Positions 1-26,092 of a stretch of DNA of 64,000 nt are shown in pieces. The DNA comes from Macrostomum lignano (taxonomy: Eukaryota). Position 1 is the stretch's first letter; every line of letters starts with the position of its first letter. The DNA lies in contig NIVC01000640.1 of assembly GCA_002269645.1 (NCBI GenBank), forward strand, positions 434,001 to 498,000. Direction: 5' to 3'. The notes below the pieces were generated by a model. It was not told where the DNA came from. It was given only the letters and a program-made list of their open reading frames with translations, and did not search any database. The position numbers and the translations under genes were made by a program.

Positions 1-295
1 GCTGTCTACTTTATCTCGGCTGTCTACTTTATCTCGGCTGTCTACTCTATCTCCGCTGTCTACTTTATTGTTTCCGCTGTCTACTTTATCTCCGCTGTCT
101 ACTCTTTCTCGGCTGTCTACTCTATCTCGGCTGTCTACTTTATCTCGGCTGTCTACTTTATCTCCGCTGTCTACTCTATCGTCTCCGCTGTCTACTTTAT
201 CTCCGCTGTCTACTCTATCTCGGCTGTCTACTTTATCTCCGCTGTCTACTCTATTGTCTCCGCTGTCTACTTATCTCCGCTGTCTACTCTGTCGC
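1..295. repeat. 18-bp minisatellite (CTCCGCTGTCTACTTTAT)n
   Basis: Direct tandem repetition with minor variants; runs off the left edge of the window. Confidence 0.95.
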
Positions 296-1084
296 CTCTC
301 ATTACATACTCATTACATACTCATTACATAAAGAACATATCGTTTCAAGTGAAATCATTAATCAAATAAGAGTATTTAGACTTAGAGTGGGAATTACTGA
401 GAAAATGATAAGTGTTGGGTAACACTCCATCAATAACGGTGTAGAAGCGATACGTAAATACAACAGCATTAGCGCCTATTGCAGAACAATGTTAAATCAC
501 AGTCAATAGAATGCTTGACAGCCAGACAGTGCATCATTATTGAAATGCTTTGGGATCGCGCGAGAGTGGCGCTTGATTTCAAATTCCGTAGCAAAGAAAT
601 TCCGCAGCATCTCGTTCGATTCAGTTTAATCGATAAACGATAAACGATTACAAACTGAGTGGGAGGAGAGAAGTATTTCTCTCTGTTTATCCCCCATGTC
701 TAAATATCCCAACCGATGCGACCGGCTCGCAGGGGCCCTCGCCCAAAACTCCAGCGCGGGGCCGCTCCATTTGATTTTCTTAGAAAACACGGAAGATCCA
801 TCAATGTTGGCCTTCAGTTCTGGCATTTCGGTGAAGGGAGAAGAGAAGAGCCGCAAATATAAGCCGCAGTTTCAGTTGGCTGCATGACAGGTGACAGGCA
901 ACACACAGAAAGCCAGCAGAAGCAGCAAATAAGCGGCAGTTTTTCAGTGATGACGGAGATTGCTGGAAGCTGCAGAAGCAGAAGGTTAAAATGGTTCGAA
1001 TCTTAATCGATTCTGAGTTTCTAGGATATTGCAGCGAAGATGGGAAAGTTAAAGTTTGAAGTATGAAGTATGAATTCTTCTCTA

Positions 1085-1195
1085 GAATTTGATGCATGAA
1101 ATATGAAATGTGAAATATGAAATATGAAATATGAAATATGAAGTATGACATATGAAATATGACATATGAAATATGAATCGTGAATCGTGAATCAG
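1085..1195. repeat. (TGAAATA)n heptamer repeat, ending in TGAATCG units
   Basis: Visible tandem units. Confidence 0.85.
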
Positions 1196-2608
1196 GATGT
1201 ATTTAAAATAAAATTTCATAAAATTTTACAAAGTTACTTTCGGTTGAACGGGTTGAATTCTTGCTCGAACTTCTTAAAACAACAATCAGAACTTGTTAAC
1301 CGAAGGGCAAGGGTCAGCGCACCTATACAATATGAAAGTGAAATCGGCACCCCGCAATAAATTCACTATTAGATTCTGTTTTCAACAATACGCGATCGGA
1401 TGGTTGCAGGAACTTCCCCAGTATTTTTGTATTGTTGCCATGGGCTAAGCAGGTTCACCCGAGAGGGGCAGGTTGGCCGGCACCGGGGGTCTGCCCCCCC
1501 CCCCCAGTGCGGCGCTGACAGTAAAGCCCGTGATTGAGGGCTTGGGCGCATTGGATATGACAGGTCATGTTTACTGGGCTAGGCTTAAGCCAGGAGGCCC
1601 CGTGCAAAGTCTTCTAGCGGGCATAATCTTCTTGCATCGCATTCTTCATCTGGGGCCGGAGAGGCTGCGGCATCTCCTACCCCTAACCCTCCCAGCCTCC
1701 ATCCGCGTGTCTGCTTGGAAACAAAAATCGTCTTGTTGCAAAATCTTTCCTTCCGGCTTCCTTATACAGTCGCTGGCGCCTGTAATCCCCCTTTACTGAG
1801 AGGCTCTCCCCCCTCTCTCTTCCCAGCTGGATAGCCTCCTGAAAGATATGCGGATAGGCGGATATGCACCTGACTTTGTCAAGTTCCTCAACCAGCAGCA
1901 GCCGCCTTGGTGATAGGAAGTGGGGGATCGAGGGGGGAGGGTCGCCACCGCTTGCACAGACTGCGGCCGTGTCGGCGGTCATCGCTTTATGACTGCTTTA
2001 TGATCCATTGGAGAATCGTGGTCCCTGGCAAGCGTCTTCTTTAAGCCTGCAACCCCCCCCCGGCCCAAAAAACTTGTGCGGCAAGAAGGCAGTAAAAGCT
2101 GATGCCGTGCTGCGAAGGCACCGGGTGGAGATATTGCAGATAACGGATAGATGAGGCGCAAAAAGACTTTGCGGGAGTCTGTCTGGGCCGCGATTAAGCT
2201 CGCCACCCCTTCACGTTCGATCTCTTACAGTCAGTTTCCTGATTTCTTGCAACACGAGGCGCCAGCAGAAACCCGGCCCAGACTTAGATTGTTTTGCCTC
2301 TTTTTCATCTGGTGTAACTCCTGCCTGCTTTATTGTTTCTGCTACTCTGTAAAAATACAGGTAGGGGGACAAGGAGGGCCCAGAAACACGAGTCTGGAGC
2401 AGCAACACTTCCCCAAGACCCCATATTTTCATAATATTTTATACCAACATTCGACAGATTGGCTTGTGTATTTGAAAATCGGTCAATGAGTAACATACTT
2501 CAGTATTACCCAACCATTTCTGCAGTGCACCATTTATGCCATCTAGTTTGAAAATATGAATTTTTTTGTTTTTTGAATACTTTTGTGGAAACTAGCTTGC
2601 AGGTTTTT

Positions 2609-2818
2609 GCTGTTCAGTCCAAGGACTGGGGGGGGGGGTCGCCAAACACAGCCTCAATTACCCCAGCTAATGCTGGCACCCATTTTACAGCTGGGTGAAC
2701 TGAAGCAATGCAGAGTTAAGTGTCTTGCTCAAGGACACAAATTGTTCCGAGTGGGTCGAGAATCGAACCCCTGACCTTTCAGTCGTGAGTCCGACGCTCT
2801 GACCACTAGGCTGCAACC
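2609..2818 (-). mobile_element. tRNA-derived CORE-SINE, copy 1 (3'-truncated)
   Basis: Minus strand: A box TAGTGGTCAGAGC, B box GGTTCGATTC, then CCTTGAGCAAGACACTTAACTCT...TTCACCCAGCTGTAAAATGGG, which resembles the MIR/CORE-SINE core. Shares sequence with the copies at 45376 and 50321 up to GGACTGAACAGC. Confidence 0.85.
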
Positions 2819-3419
2819 TTCTAGCCGCCAAAGCTTACTGAGGGGAATTTATGGCACAGACTTATTTCTGCTGACAGGCTGGGTCTATGGCGCGATACCG
2901 ACTTTCGGTTGACAATTCGTGATGCATATTCTATGGGAAAACCTGTCCTAAAAAAGACGGCCAAACACACACACACACACACCTTTACAAAGTAGATCCG
3001 TTATCGCCTGTAGCATTCAATCATCAGTATGTTTGATCCCCCGGGCCCAGATTCCCGTGGCGCGTGCTCCGCCTCTTGACCATTGGGTGACGGGGCGTCG
3101 GTAAAGCAGCGGGTGAAGTGGACCTGCGCGGTTGTCGAGTGGGCGGGTTGTGGATAAGTGGGCAAGAAAGAATACCAAACTCGGCGGCCTCTGAGACTCG
3201 CCACTTATCAGTCTGTGGGATCTACTTTGGGGGGATTTTTCGGACCCTCCGGGGTGGACGTAGGGGAGCAACAGGGTTGGGAAGATTTACAAGGGGAATG
3301 CGAGCGGGTGGGTCGGATACTGAAGGATTTAGCAGAGTATGATCAACCCTGGTTATGAAATTCACTCACTGTAGCTAGTAAGCCGAGAGGGGACCATGCT
3401 GAGAGGGAGAGCGGAGCTG

Positions 3420-5050
3420 GAGAAGAAAAATGAGAGGGAGAGTGAAGATAGAGAGAAGGAGAATGAGAGGGAGAGTGAAGATAGAGAGAAGGAGAATGAG
3501 AGGGAGAGTGAAGATAGAGAGAAGGAGAATGAGAGGGAGAGTGAAGATAGAGAGAAGGAGAATGAGAGGGCCAGTGAGAGGAGACAGATCTAGAGAGAAG
3601 TAGAATGAGAGGGCCAGTGAGAGGAGACAGATCTAGAGAGAAGTAGAATGAGAGGGCCAGTGAGAGGAGACAGAGAGAAGTAGAATGAGAGGGCCAGTGA
3701 GAGGAGACAGAGAGAAGTAGAATGAGAGGGCCAGTGAGAGGAGACAGAGAGAAGTAGAATGAGAGGGCCAGTGAGAGGAGATAGAGAGAAGTAGAATGAG
3801 AGGGCCAGTGAGAGGAGATAGAGAGAAGTAGAATGAGAGGGCCAGTGAGAGGAGACAGATCTAGAGAGAAGTAGAATGAGAGGGCCAGTGAGAGGAGACA
3901 GATCTAGAGAGAAGTAGAATGAGAGGGCCAGTGAGAGGAGATAGAGAGAAGTAGAATGAGAGGGCCAGTGAGAGGAGACAGATCTAGAGAGAAGTAGAAT
4001 GAGAGGGCCAGTGAGAGGAGACAGATCTAGAGAGAAGTAGAATGAGAGGGCCAGTGAGAGGAGACAGATCTAGAGAGAAGTAGAATGAGAGGGCCAGTGA
4101 GAGGAGACAGATCTAGAGAGAAGTAGAATGAGAGGGCCAGTGAGACGAGACAGATCTAGAGAGAAGTAGAATGAGAGGGCCAGTGAGAGGAGACAGAGAG
4201 AAGTGGCATGAGAGGGCCGGTGAGAGGAGACAGAGAGAAGTAGAATGAGAGGGCCGGTGAGAGGAGACAGAGAGAAGTGGCATGAGAGGGCCAGTGAGAG
4301 GAGACAGAGAGAAGTGGAATGAGAGGGCCAGTGAGAGGAGACAGAGAGAAGTGGCATGAGAGGGCCGGTGAGAGGAGACAGAGAGAAGTGGCATGAGAGG
4401 GCCGGTGAGAGGAGACAGAGAGAAGTGGCATGAGAGGGCCGGTGAGAGGAGACAGAGAGAAGTGGCATGAGAGGGCCGGTGAGAGGAGACAGAGAGAAGT
4501 GGCATGAGAGGGCCGGTGAGAGGAGACAGAGAGAAGTGGCATGAGAGGGCCGGTGAGAGGAGACAGAGAGAAGTGGCATGAGAGGGCCAGTGAGAGGAGA
4601 CAGAGAGAAGTGGCATGAGAGGGCCGGTGAGAGGAGACAGAGAGAAGTGGCATGAGAGGGCCGGTGAGAGGAGACAGAGAGAAGTGGCATGAGAGGGCCG
4701 GTGAGAGGAGACAGAGAGAAGTGGCATGAGAGGGCCAGTGAGAGGAGACAGAGAGAAGTGGCATGAGAGGGCCAGTGAGAGGAGACAGAGAGAAGTGGCA
4801 TGAGAGGGCCAGTGAGAGGAGACAGAGAGAAGTAGAATGAGAGGGCCAGTGAGAGGAGACAGAGAGAAGTGGCATGAGAGGGCCGGTGAGAGGAGACAGA
4901 GAGAAGTGGCATGAGAGGGCCGGTGAGAGGAGACAGAGAGAAGTGGCATGAGAGGGCCAGTGAGAGGAGACAGAGAGAAGTGGCATGAGAGGGCCGGTGA
5001 GAGGAGACAGAGAGAAGTAGAATGAGAGGGCCAGTGAGAGGAGACAGAGA
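3420..5050. repeat. GA-rich minisatellite: 33-bp block, then 37/43-bp units (GAGAGGGCCAGTGAGAGGAGACAGAGAGAAGTAGAAT)
   Basis: Direct tandem repetition; explains the SLSPLTGPL... ORFs. Confidence 0.95.
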
Positions 5051-6181
5051 ATAATAGAGAGGCCAGACTCGGGCAAAGGCCGGAAGATGTTCAGGAGACT
5101 GGCAGGCAAAGAATGGCAGCCAGAATACGAGACGCAGATAAATGCCGATGAAGTTCGACACACAGCGGACCAGCTTGCTTGTTACACCTATCGTTGTTAC
5201 ACAAGTAGGCGCTGAAGCTGCATTGCATCGCAAATTCTGCAACCTCGGTGGTTCAAATTCCAAGGCGCCTTGCCCAGATATGCTGGGGCACCACCGCTTG
5301 GCGTGTTGCACGCGAGAAAGACACAATGTTTCCACACGGTGTCGCGTTACACTGGGCCTCCCCGGAGAGGTAGGAGGGGCAGCTTTCCCACAGCTCCCCA
5401 TGCCTTATCCTCATCAGCGATGCTTATCAAATCCCAACAGCGGATAGAGGAGTCGAGGCTACAAAGTGAGGGGTCGGCCAGTGAAAACAGACAGTGGGAT
5501 CCCCATTCCTCAAATATCCCCTTCCCGTTTTGTATTTTTGAAAACTTTCCAAAACTCCACCGTTACTCGAGGCCGAAAAGTTTCGGGGGGGGGGGATAAA
5601 AGGAATGAGGATCATGGGGAGTAGGTCCCCCCTCCCGGATCCCCCTCGTCCTTTCGTGTCGCTGTTTCTTTCGCCGAAAGAAGAAGAAGAAGGCAGCAAG
5701 ATAAAGAAGCCAGCGGCTGCCTGCATCTCCTTGGCGCTATCGCTGCGCGGGAATTTCGAGTTTTCGAGCTCACTAACGAGCTGCGGCCGGCCGGCAAATG
5801 AAAGCGCATAAAACAGAGGAGGAAGGGAGCTGTTAAACAGACAGGGGGCCTGGGGCCATGATGCTGGATGCTGGGCGCAAGTGTTAAGATCCTGTTTTTT
5901 ATATCCTTGACTTTCTTTCCAGGGCCAGGGGATTTCGCAATTACGGGAGCAAATATTGCCAGAATCCGGGTGCCCGGCGAGCCTTTGAATTTGTAATATA
6001 AAAACAACAGCAAATTTGTTAAGGATTGATGCCTGCTTGTAAAACTGCTGGCACCATGAAATACGTATGAAAACCCCGCAGCAGTAATAAAAAATATGTT
6101 CGTAGCACTGAGTCAGCCGGTTGCGGTGAATGACACTTTCATTCGGGTATTCTGGGTGCTCCTCTATCCTCTATTGTCCCG

Positions 6182-6375
6182 TTCTTGTCCTGTCCTGTTC
6201 TGCCTTGTCCTGTCTTATCCTGTCTTATCCTGTCTTATCCTGTCTTATCCTGTCTTATCCTGTCTTATCCTGTCTTATCCTGTCTTATCCTGTCTTATCC
6301 TGTCCTGTCTTATCCTGTCTTATCCTGTCTTATTCTGTCCTGTCCTGTCTTATCCTGTCTTATCCTGTCTTATCC
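6182..6375. repeat. 10-bp repeat (TTATCCTGTC)n just upstream of the Lhx LIM exon acceptor
   Basis: Visible tandem units. Confidence 0.9.
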
Positions 6376-6418
6376 CGTCCCGCCCCGTCCTACACAGCCA
6401 GCAACTCCCATCCCGCAG

Positions 6419-9400
6419 TCTGTTCAGCGCCCGGCAGTCGTGCACCCGCTGCGGCGGCTGCCTGCACCCGGCGGACCTGGTGATGAAGGCACGCGAGCAC
6501 CATTTCCACCTGGGCTGCTTCACCTGCCACTGGCCCGCCTGCGACCGCCGGTTCTCGCCTGGCGACGAGTTCGGCCTGAGCCTCGGCGGTGCCGTCTTCT
6601 GCCGGCTGCACCTGCAGCATCAGCAGCACCTGCCGCCGCCGCCGCCGCTGCTGCCGCCGCCACCGCCGCCGCAGTTCCTTCTGTCCGACTCGCTGGAAAC
6701 AGCAGAGGCGGCCACCGCGGCGGCGAAATCAGCGACCCAGTCGGAGATGGGCGGCGGCGCCGGCGGCAAGCAGGCGAGCCGCGCTGGCAAGGGTCGGCCG
6801 CGAAAGTCGAAGAAATTAGCGGAGCCACCGGCGACGTCACAGGCTACCCAGCATCCGGTGGCGCTTCATCAGCCGCATTCTCAGCCAGATGAGCTGGGTA
6901 TTGTTCAGCAGCCTCACCTGCAGCTGCAGCATCAGATTGCCTGTGGCTTTTCCAACTGCATTGTCAAGGAGGAGCTGCCGATGACTGCCTCGACAGCGGA
7001 GACCACACCAACGACCGTGACGCTGGCGTCGACACTCGCTGGAGACGCGATGGACAGCTCCCTGGTGGACCTGGCCACCGTGCAGGGCTCCGCCGTGTTC
7101 GGCGTCGGTGGCGACCCGCTGGAGCAACTGGGTGAGCTGGATGACCTTGGCTGACTGACTGACACTAGCTGACTGACTGACACTAGCTGACTGACTGACA
7201 CTAGCTGACTGACTGACACTAGCTGACTGACTGACACTAGCTGACTGACTGACACTAGCTGACTGACTGACACTAGCTGACTGATTGACACTAGCTAACT
7301 GACTGACACTAGCTGACTGACTGACACTAGCTGACTGACTGACACTAGCTGACTGATTGACACTAGCTGACTGACTGACACTAGCTGACTGATTGACACT
7401 AGCTAACTGACTGACACTAGCTCACTGACTGACACTAGCTGACTGATTGACACTAGCTGACTGACTGACACTAGCTGACTGATTGACACTAGCTGACTGA
7501 CTGACACTAGCTCACTGACTGACACTAGCTGACTGATTGACACTAGCTGACTGACTGACACTAGCTGACTGACTGACACTAGCTGACTGACTGACACTAG
7601 CTGACTGATTGACACTAGCTGACTGACTGACACTAGCTCACTGACTGACACTAGCTGACTGATTGACACTAGCTGACTGACTGACACTAGCTGACTGACT
7701 GACACTAGCTGACTGACTGACACTAGCTGACTGACTGACACTAACTGGTTGTTGCTGAAATAACAATCGTAAACAAAAAAGCACCTCCAATTGTATCGCC
7801 AGCCATTTAGCAGTGTCAGAGTCCACCGGACAGACATTCAAGATTCCACTGATTTAAGCAAACTGATGAACAAGCAAAATCCGTGTGCTCGCTCCGCGGG
7901 ACCGGCTTGCGGAAAATTTTGAGCAGGAAAAAAACTTCTTGCATGCACAGGGCGCCTCAATAATAATAGCTGGTTGCAAACTTTCCCACAGGGCTTCCCT
8001 ACCCTCCACTCTGAATGCTGAAGCCTTGAAATAAAGATTGCTTTTTATTGTCTACAAGGAGGAACGGATAAGAAGGGATGGAATTGAGGAAGAAAATGGG
8101 GAAGACAAAAGGAGGAGATGCAGCGGTGCGGAAGGCGCAGTTTCTGCTTGGGAAACTGTTTGGGGAAGCAAGTGGCGCGGGCGGGGGGGGGGCAACTCAA
8201 TGGCGCAAAAAAGTTTCAAACCGACTTTTTTCTATCTAGCTATCTTTCATCACCGCCAGGATGTGCAGGGGGGGCTTTTCTTTGAGTGGCTTGTTAGAAA
8301 TGTTAGCAACTCCCCACACCCACCTCTGCTCACTCAAATAATCCCATTCAAACAGGCGGGAGATCCGTTGGGCAAATAATCCCTGAATTTGCGTCCCCGG
8401 CAATCAGCCAGTGTAGTCCTGTTTGAGGCGGCTGGGGTGAGCATTCTCCCCCGATGCCAGATTCCGAAGTTCACAGGCAGCTTCCTTCGTCTGGGCAAAC
8501 ACCGCCTGGAATGCGCCACTCTTCAGCTTGAAATTTGTGTCATTTTTTATTGCCCCCCCCCCCCGAGTTTTGCCTGCTGGTCGGAAGAAGAAGTTTCCCG
8601 GCCTCGGGTTGCGCAAGGAGGAACAGGCGCAGGTAGAAATACAAGCTACTGCCCGGCAAGTCCCTTTGAGCTCTCGAACTATAGCCACTCGACTATATTG
8701 AGTACTCGTTGGGGCTTCTCTCTCTCTGTCTCTCTTTAGACCTCCAGTTGGCGCAGCGGGGAGCCCTGCTTAATGAGGCGGACCGGCCCATCAGGCCAGC
8801 CGGCTTATTTTGGAGCTCCCATTCCGACGCAAGAGCTCGCCAACTGCGACTACAAGATGGAGTAGGGGAATCTGGACAATCCACTGGATGAAACAATCAT
8901 CGTTTTAAAAACTGTCCCTTCCCTGGAGGCTAATAGAGATGGGGATAGACGGAGGAGGCTGACTTCTCTCTCTCCTCAGGCCGTTCTACTCATAGTAGGG
9001 ATCACCGGCTGCCGCTGGGTAATTGGCGGCCGCCACTTTGGAGCTGCCTGGGGGCGAACTCCCCCTCCCCCATTCGTGTTTGTTGAGCTGCAGTTGAGTT
9101 GATGTAAAAAATTAGCGTGGTGTTAATTTGTCTGTCCGGCCGGCAGGATAACTGATGGGTCTGAGCAGCGACAACTTTTTGTAATAAAATTTTGAAGCTG
9201 GAAACTGAGAAGAGACTTACAGATTCACTGACAGATTCACTGACAGATTCACTGACAGATTCACTGACAGACTCACTGACAGACTCACTGACAGACTCAC
9301 TGACAGACTCGCTGACAGACTCACTGACAGATTCACTGACAGAATCACTGGCAGACTCACTGACAGAATCACTGACAGACTCACTGACAGAATCACTGGC

Positions 9401-10461
9401 AGACTCACTGACAGAATCTGACAGACCCTCTCAAAGACACTGAATGCTATTTCCTCAACTCAACCCCGCCCCGCAGGCTCTGAGATGGCCAGCGATGCGT
9501 GCTGCCAGTCGCCAAATTCTGCCAGCAGCGGTTGCGGCGGTGTCGGAGGAGGCGGCGGAGGCAGCCTCGTCGCTGGCGACGGCGGTGACGGAGGCGTCGG
9601 GGGCGGCTCGTCCTCGGTGACGTCTGGGACGCCAGGCCAGCGGCAGAAGCGAGTCCGCACCAGCTTTAAGCACCACCAGCTGCGCACTATGAAGAGCTAC
9701 TTCATTATCAACCACAATCCGGACAGCAAAGACCTGAAGCAGCTGGCCCAGAAGACTGGACTGAGCAAGCGGGTGCTGCAGGTGAGCCTGCTGACTTTTG
9801 TAGCTTAAAATTAAAGCGGCATCAAAATTCGTATTTTTACAAAAACTACTGAACTGTCTACTGGCTGCAGTAGTATACTGAAATATTCAAAAAATTCTAG
9901 GTCTGGTTTCAAAACGCCCGAGCCAAATATCGGCGCTCTCTCCTCAAGCAGCAGCAGCAGCAGCAGCAGCCTCAGCATCAGCAGCAATTGCAGCAGCAGC
10001 AGCAGCCGCCACTGCAGCCCCCGGACGAAGCCGCCTCGGCTGCTCACGCGGCAATGCTGAGCAGCGCAGCGGCGGGCCACCAGAAGTCCGCCAGTCTGCA
10101 CGTCGCCTCTCCAGACGACATGTCCGACCTGTCCAGCACGGGCTCCGTGCCGGAGTTCAGCCACCACCACCAGCATCATAATCATCACCTGCAGCAGCAT
10201 CATCACCAGGCTCAGCATCTTCAGTATCAGCTGCAGCAGCAGCCGGCGTCCGTCAGTTCAGCAATCGAGTCGGCGATCTGCCAGTCTGCTGGCGGCGGCT
10301 ACTGCGGCGGCGGCGGCGTCGGCGGAGTCGATGTCATCAACAGCGGCGGCGGAAGCAGCGGCGGCGTGGGAGGCACCCTCGGCATGGAGACGTCACTGGA
10401 AGGTTCCCCATCTGGCGGGGCAGACTACTTTGCCATGCAGAATGTGAACTGCCTGGCCTGA
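6419..10461 (+). CDS. lhx2/9: LIM-homeobox transcription factor of the Lhx2/9 (apterous) class, 5'-partial; exons 6419-7131, 9477-9781, 9901-10461
   Basis: Exon 1 encodes a LIM domain (CTRC...HLGCFTCHWPAC...FCRLH). Exons 2-3 encode the homeodomain KRVRTSFKHHQLRTMKSYFIINHNPDSKDLKQLAQKTGLSKRVLQ|VWFQNARAKYRR, near-identical to apterous/Lhx2/9. GT-AG introns 7132-9476 (phase 1) and 9782-9900 (phase 0) keep the frame. TGA at 10459-10461 and AATAAA near 10521. No LIM1 exon was found in the window. Confidence 0.93.
7150..7745. repeat. 18-bp intronic minisatellite (GACTGACTGACACTAGCT)n
   Basis: Direct tandem repetition starting ~20 nt after the Lhx donor site. Confidence 0.95.
9215..9425. repeat. 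12-bp intronic minisatellite (ACTGACAGATTC)n
   Basis: Direct tandem repetition just before the homeobox exon. Confidence 0.9.
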
Positions 10462-11466
10462 CAGAGGCACTCACTGCCAATCAGTGCAATCAATCAGTCA
10501 AGACAATCAGTTAACTGTTTAATAAATGATAAATTTATGCGTTGCTCGCTTATTTTGGACACTTTGTGCACCTCATTCTATCTTCGATTTGCTAAAGCTT
10601 GCCCGCAAACAGGTGTGTCTGTACATAAATTGTAACCTCAGCCGCTGTTAGGTCCGCAGGGTCCTGCCAACTGCACACATTATTGTTGCAATTTGTGTGC
10701 GAGTCCTGGGTCCTCGTACCAGTTGTGCTTATATTAATCAATATTTACTGCCTCAGATTTGGACTTCTCATGCTACTGCAACAATGTCACTAGTAGAAAA
10801 TTAGGGCTAGACATTGTTGTTATTAATCCACGTTAATAATGCTTTCTATCACAGTCTGTCAATTTGGTCGCAGAAAAATCGATGAAGCACTATAGACTTT
10901 TGCTCCCGCGACTCCCGTGTGTTCACCTCCCTCCCTAATTGACCTTGACCAGCTAATGTCCAGCTGACCAAATTCACTAGCAAGTCAAACGAGTTCACAA
11001 AAATAAAATTATGAAGCCTGCAAAAAAGTTTGCTGAATTTTGTCGAGTCCTTTCTAATTTGTTTTCGTGCTCTGTAGGCTACGGGTTGTTCATAATTTGA
11101 GTAGGAAAAGCTGACCAAGTCAGGCTCGCACACAGAGGAGGGGAAAGCTTGTTACACATAGCGAAACAGAAACTGAGATTGAATGAAGCAGACACGCGGA
11201 AGAACAGAAAAGAGAAAGAGCGCCAGACACACCCTGTGCTGGTCCACTGTACGATAAGAGAGAAAGTACACAGCCTACTTTGAATGCCGGAGTCGAAAGC
11301 AAATGAGGAAATGCTGTAAAATATTGCTCCAAATATAGGAAGCAGATTGAGTAAGAACTTGAGCAGGACAAGAAACTAATCTAGCATGAGCACAGTTTGG
11401 TCATAAAGTATACAGACAAAATTAGCTCAAGTTCTGACAAAAAAATTAATATCGAAATTGCCGAAT

Positions 11467-25061
<13,595 letters not shown>

Positions 25062-26092
25062 GCCTGAATAGCTCCCAACTGAAGCTCCCCCCGGTTAAGC
25101 GGAGTGCAGTATGAGGAAGAGACAATGTAAGACCTACTTACTAATATTAATAAAGCAGTTAGTTTCCGCTAGCCAAATGCGAAGCTGCAGCATATAGCAT
25201 AATAAAATGTGCACGCTAGTCAAAGCTTATAACTATCGCTCGTACAGTCGGTCTTGGCCATAGAATATCCAGCGGCGCGGATTTGGGCGCGTTTAAAACT
25301 TATTTTTAATTCAGCTTTTGGCGAGCATTGAAATATAATAAAAATGCTAGATGTGCTACTTTCCTCACTCGGACTCTAGTAGTCTATAAAGAAAATGTTT
25401 CTTTGACAATCTGGTGTTAGCATTGATGCGAAATGAAAATTTTAAACAAAATTCCTTTGTTTAGGACTTGTTTTCTAGCAAGCATTTGAGTATGATTATT
25501 GTTGTATTTAAGTCGAATTCTTGCACAGCCGAAAATGTATAAAATATTATTTTTTCTAAAAAGTATGAATACATGTACTCGTACACAGTAAAATATTAAT
25601 TGATTGAATTTCAATTAGCTTTGATTGACATTTATACTTCGAATTCGTCTCTTTGGTGGGGAGACTATACCGTATTTACACTAGCAGACAGAAGCGACAA
25701 GAAAATGCATCGCTCTTTGGAGGCTGGGTTGGATGATGGAGCAAGATGCTGCTTATTCGGCGTGTGTTTTGGGGTCCGATAAACGTGCAATGAACTAAAA
25801 TCTGAACTGTTCTAGACTATACATTGTATTACAATGCAAGGCCTTGAGGCGAAATGTGTAAAGCAAAGCAATGGTCACTAGGTCATCATGTAGGGGTCAG
25901 TGGTTGTTTAATTAAGTGTACACAAGGGCAGGCATGCAAGAAAGGATATGTTTCATGGGAAAGTTCATCTTTTGGGTATATGCAGCTTAAAAACTTTGAT
26001 GGAGCAGGCCGCCTGATTGCAGACAGCAAATGTTGCATATTCTAAAATTGTCTCGATCCAGAATGTTTAATCTAGAAAAATAGCCCGAAGCA

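Noticed and set aside
4070-5401. 443-aa minus-strand ORF
   Set aside because: Most of it is the 37-bp satellite; the unique N-terminal part has no recognisable motif.
8038-9180. TAATTG/TAATTT motifs as an Lhx autoregulatory enhancer
   Set aside because: Short motifs expected by chance; no comparative data are available.
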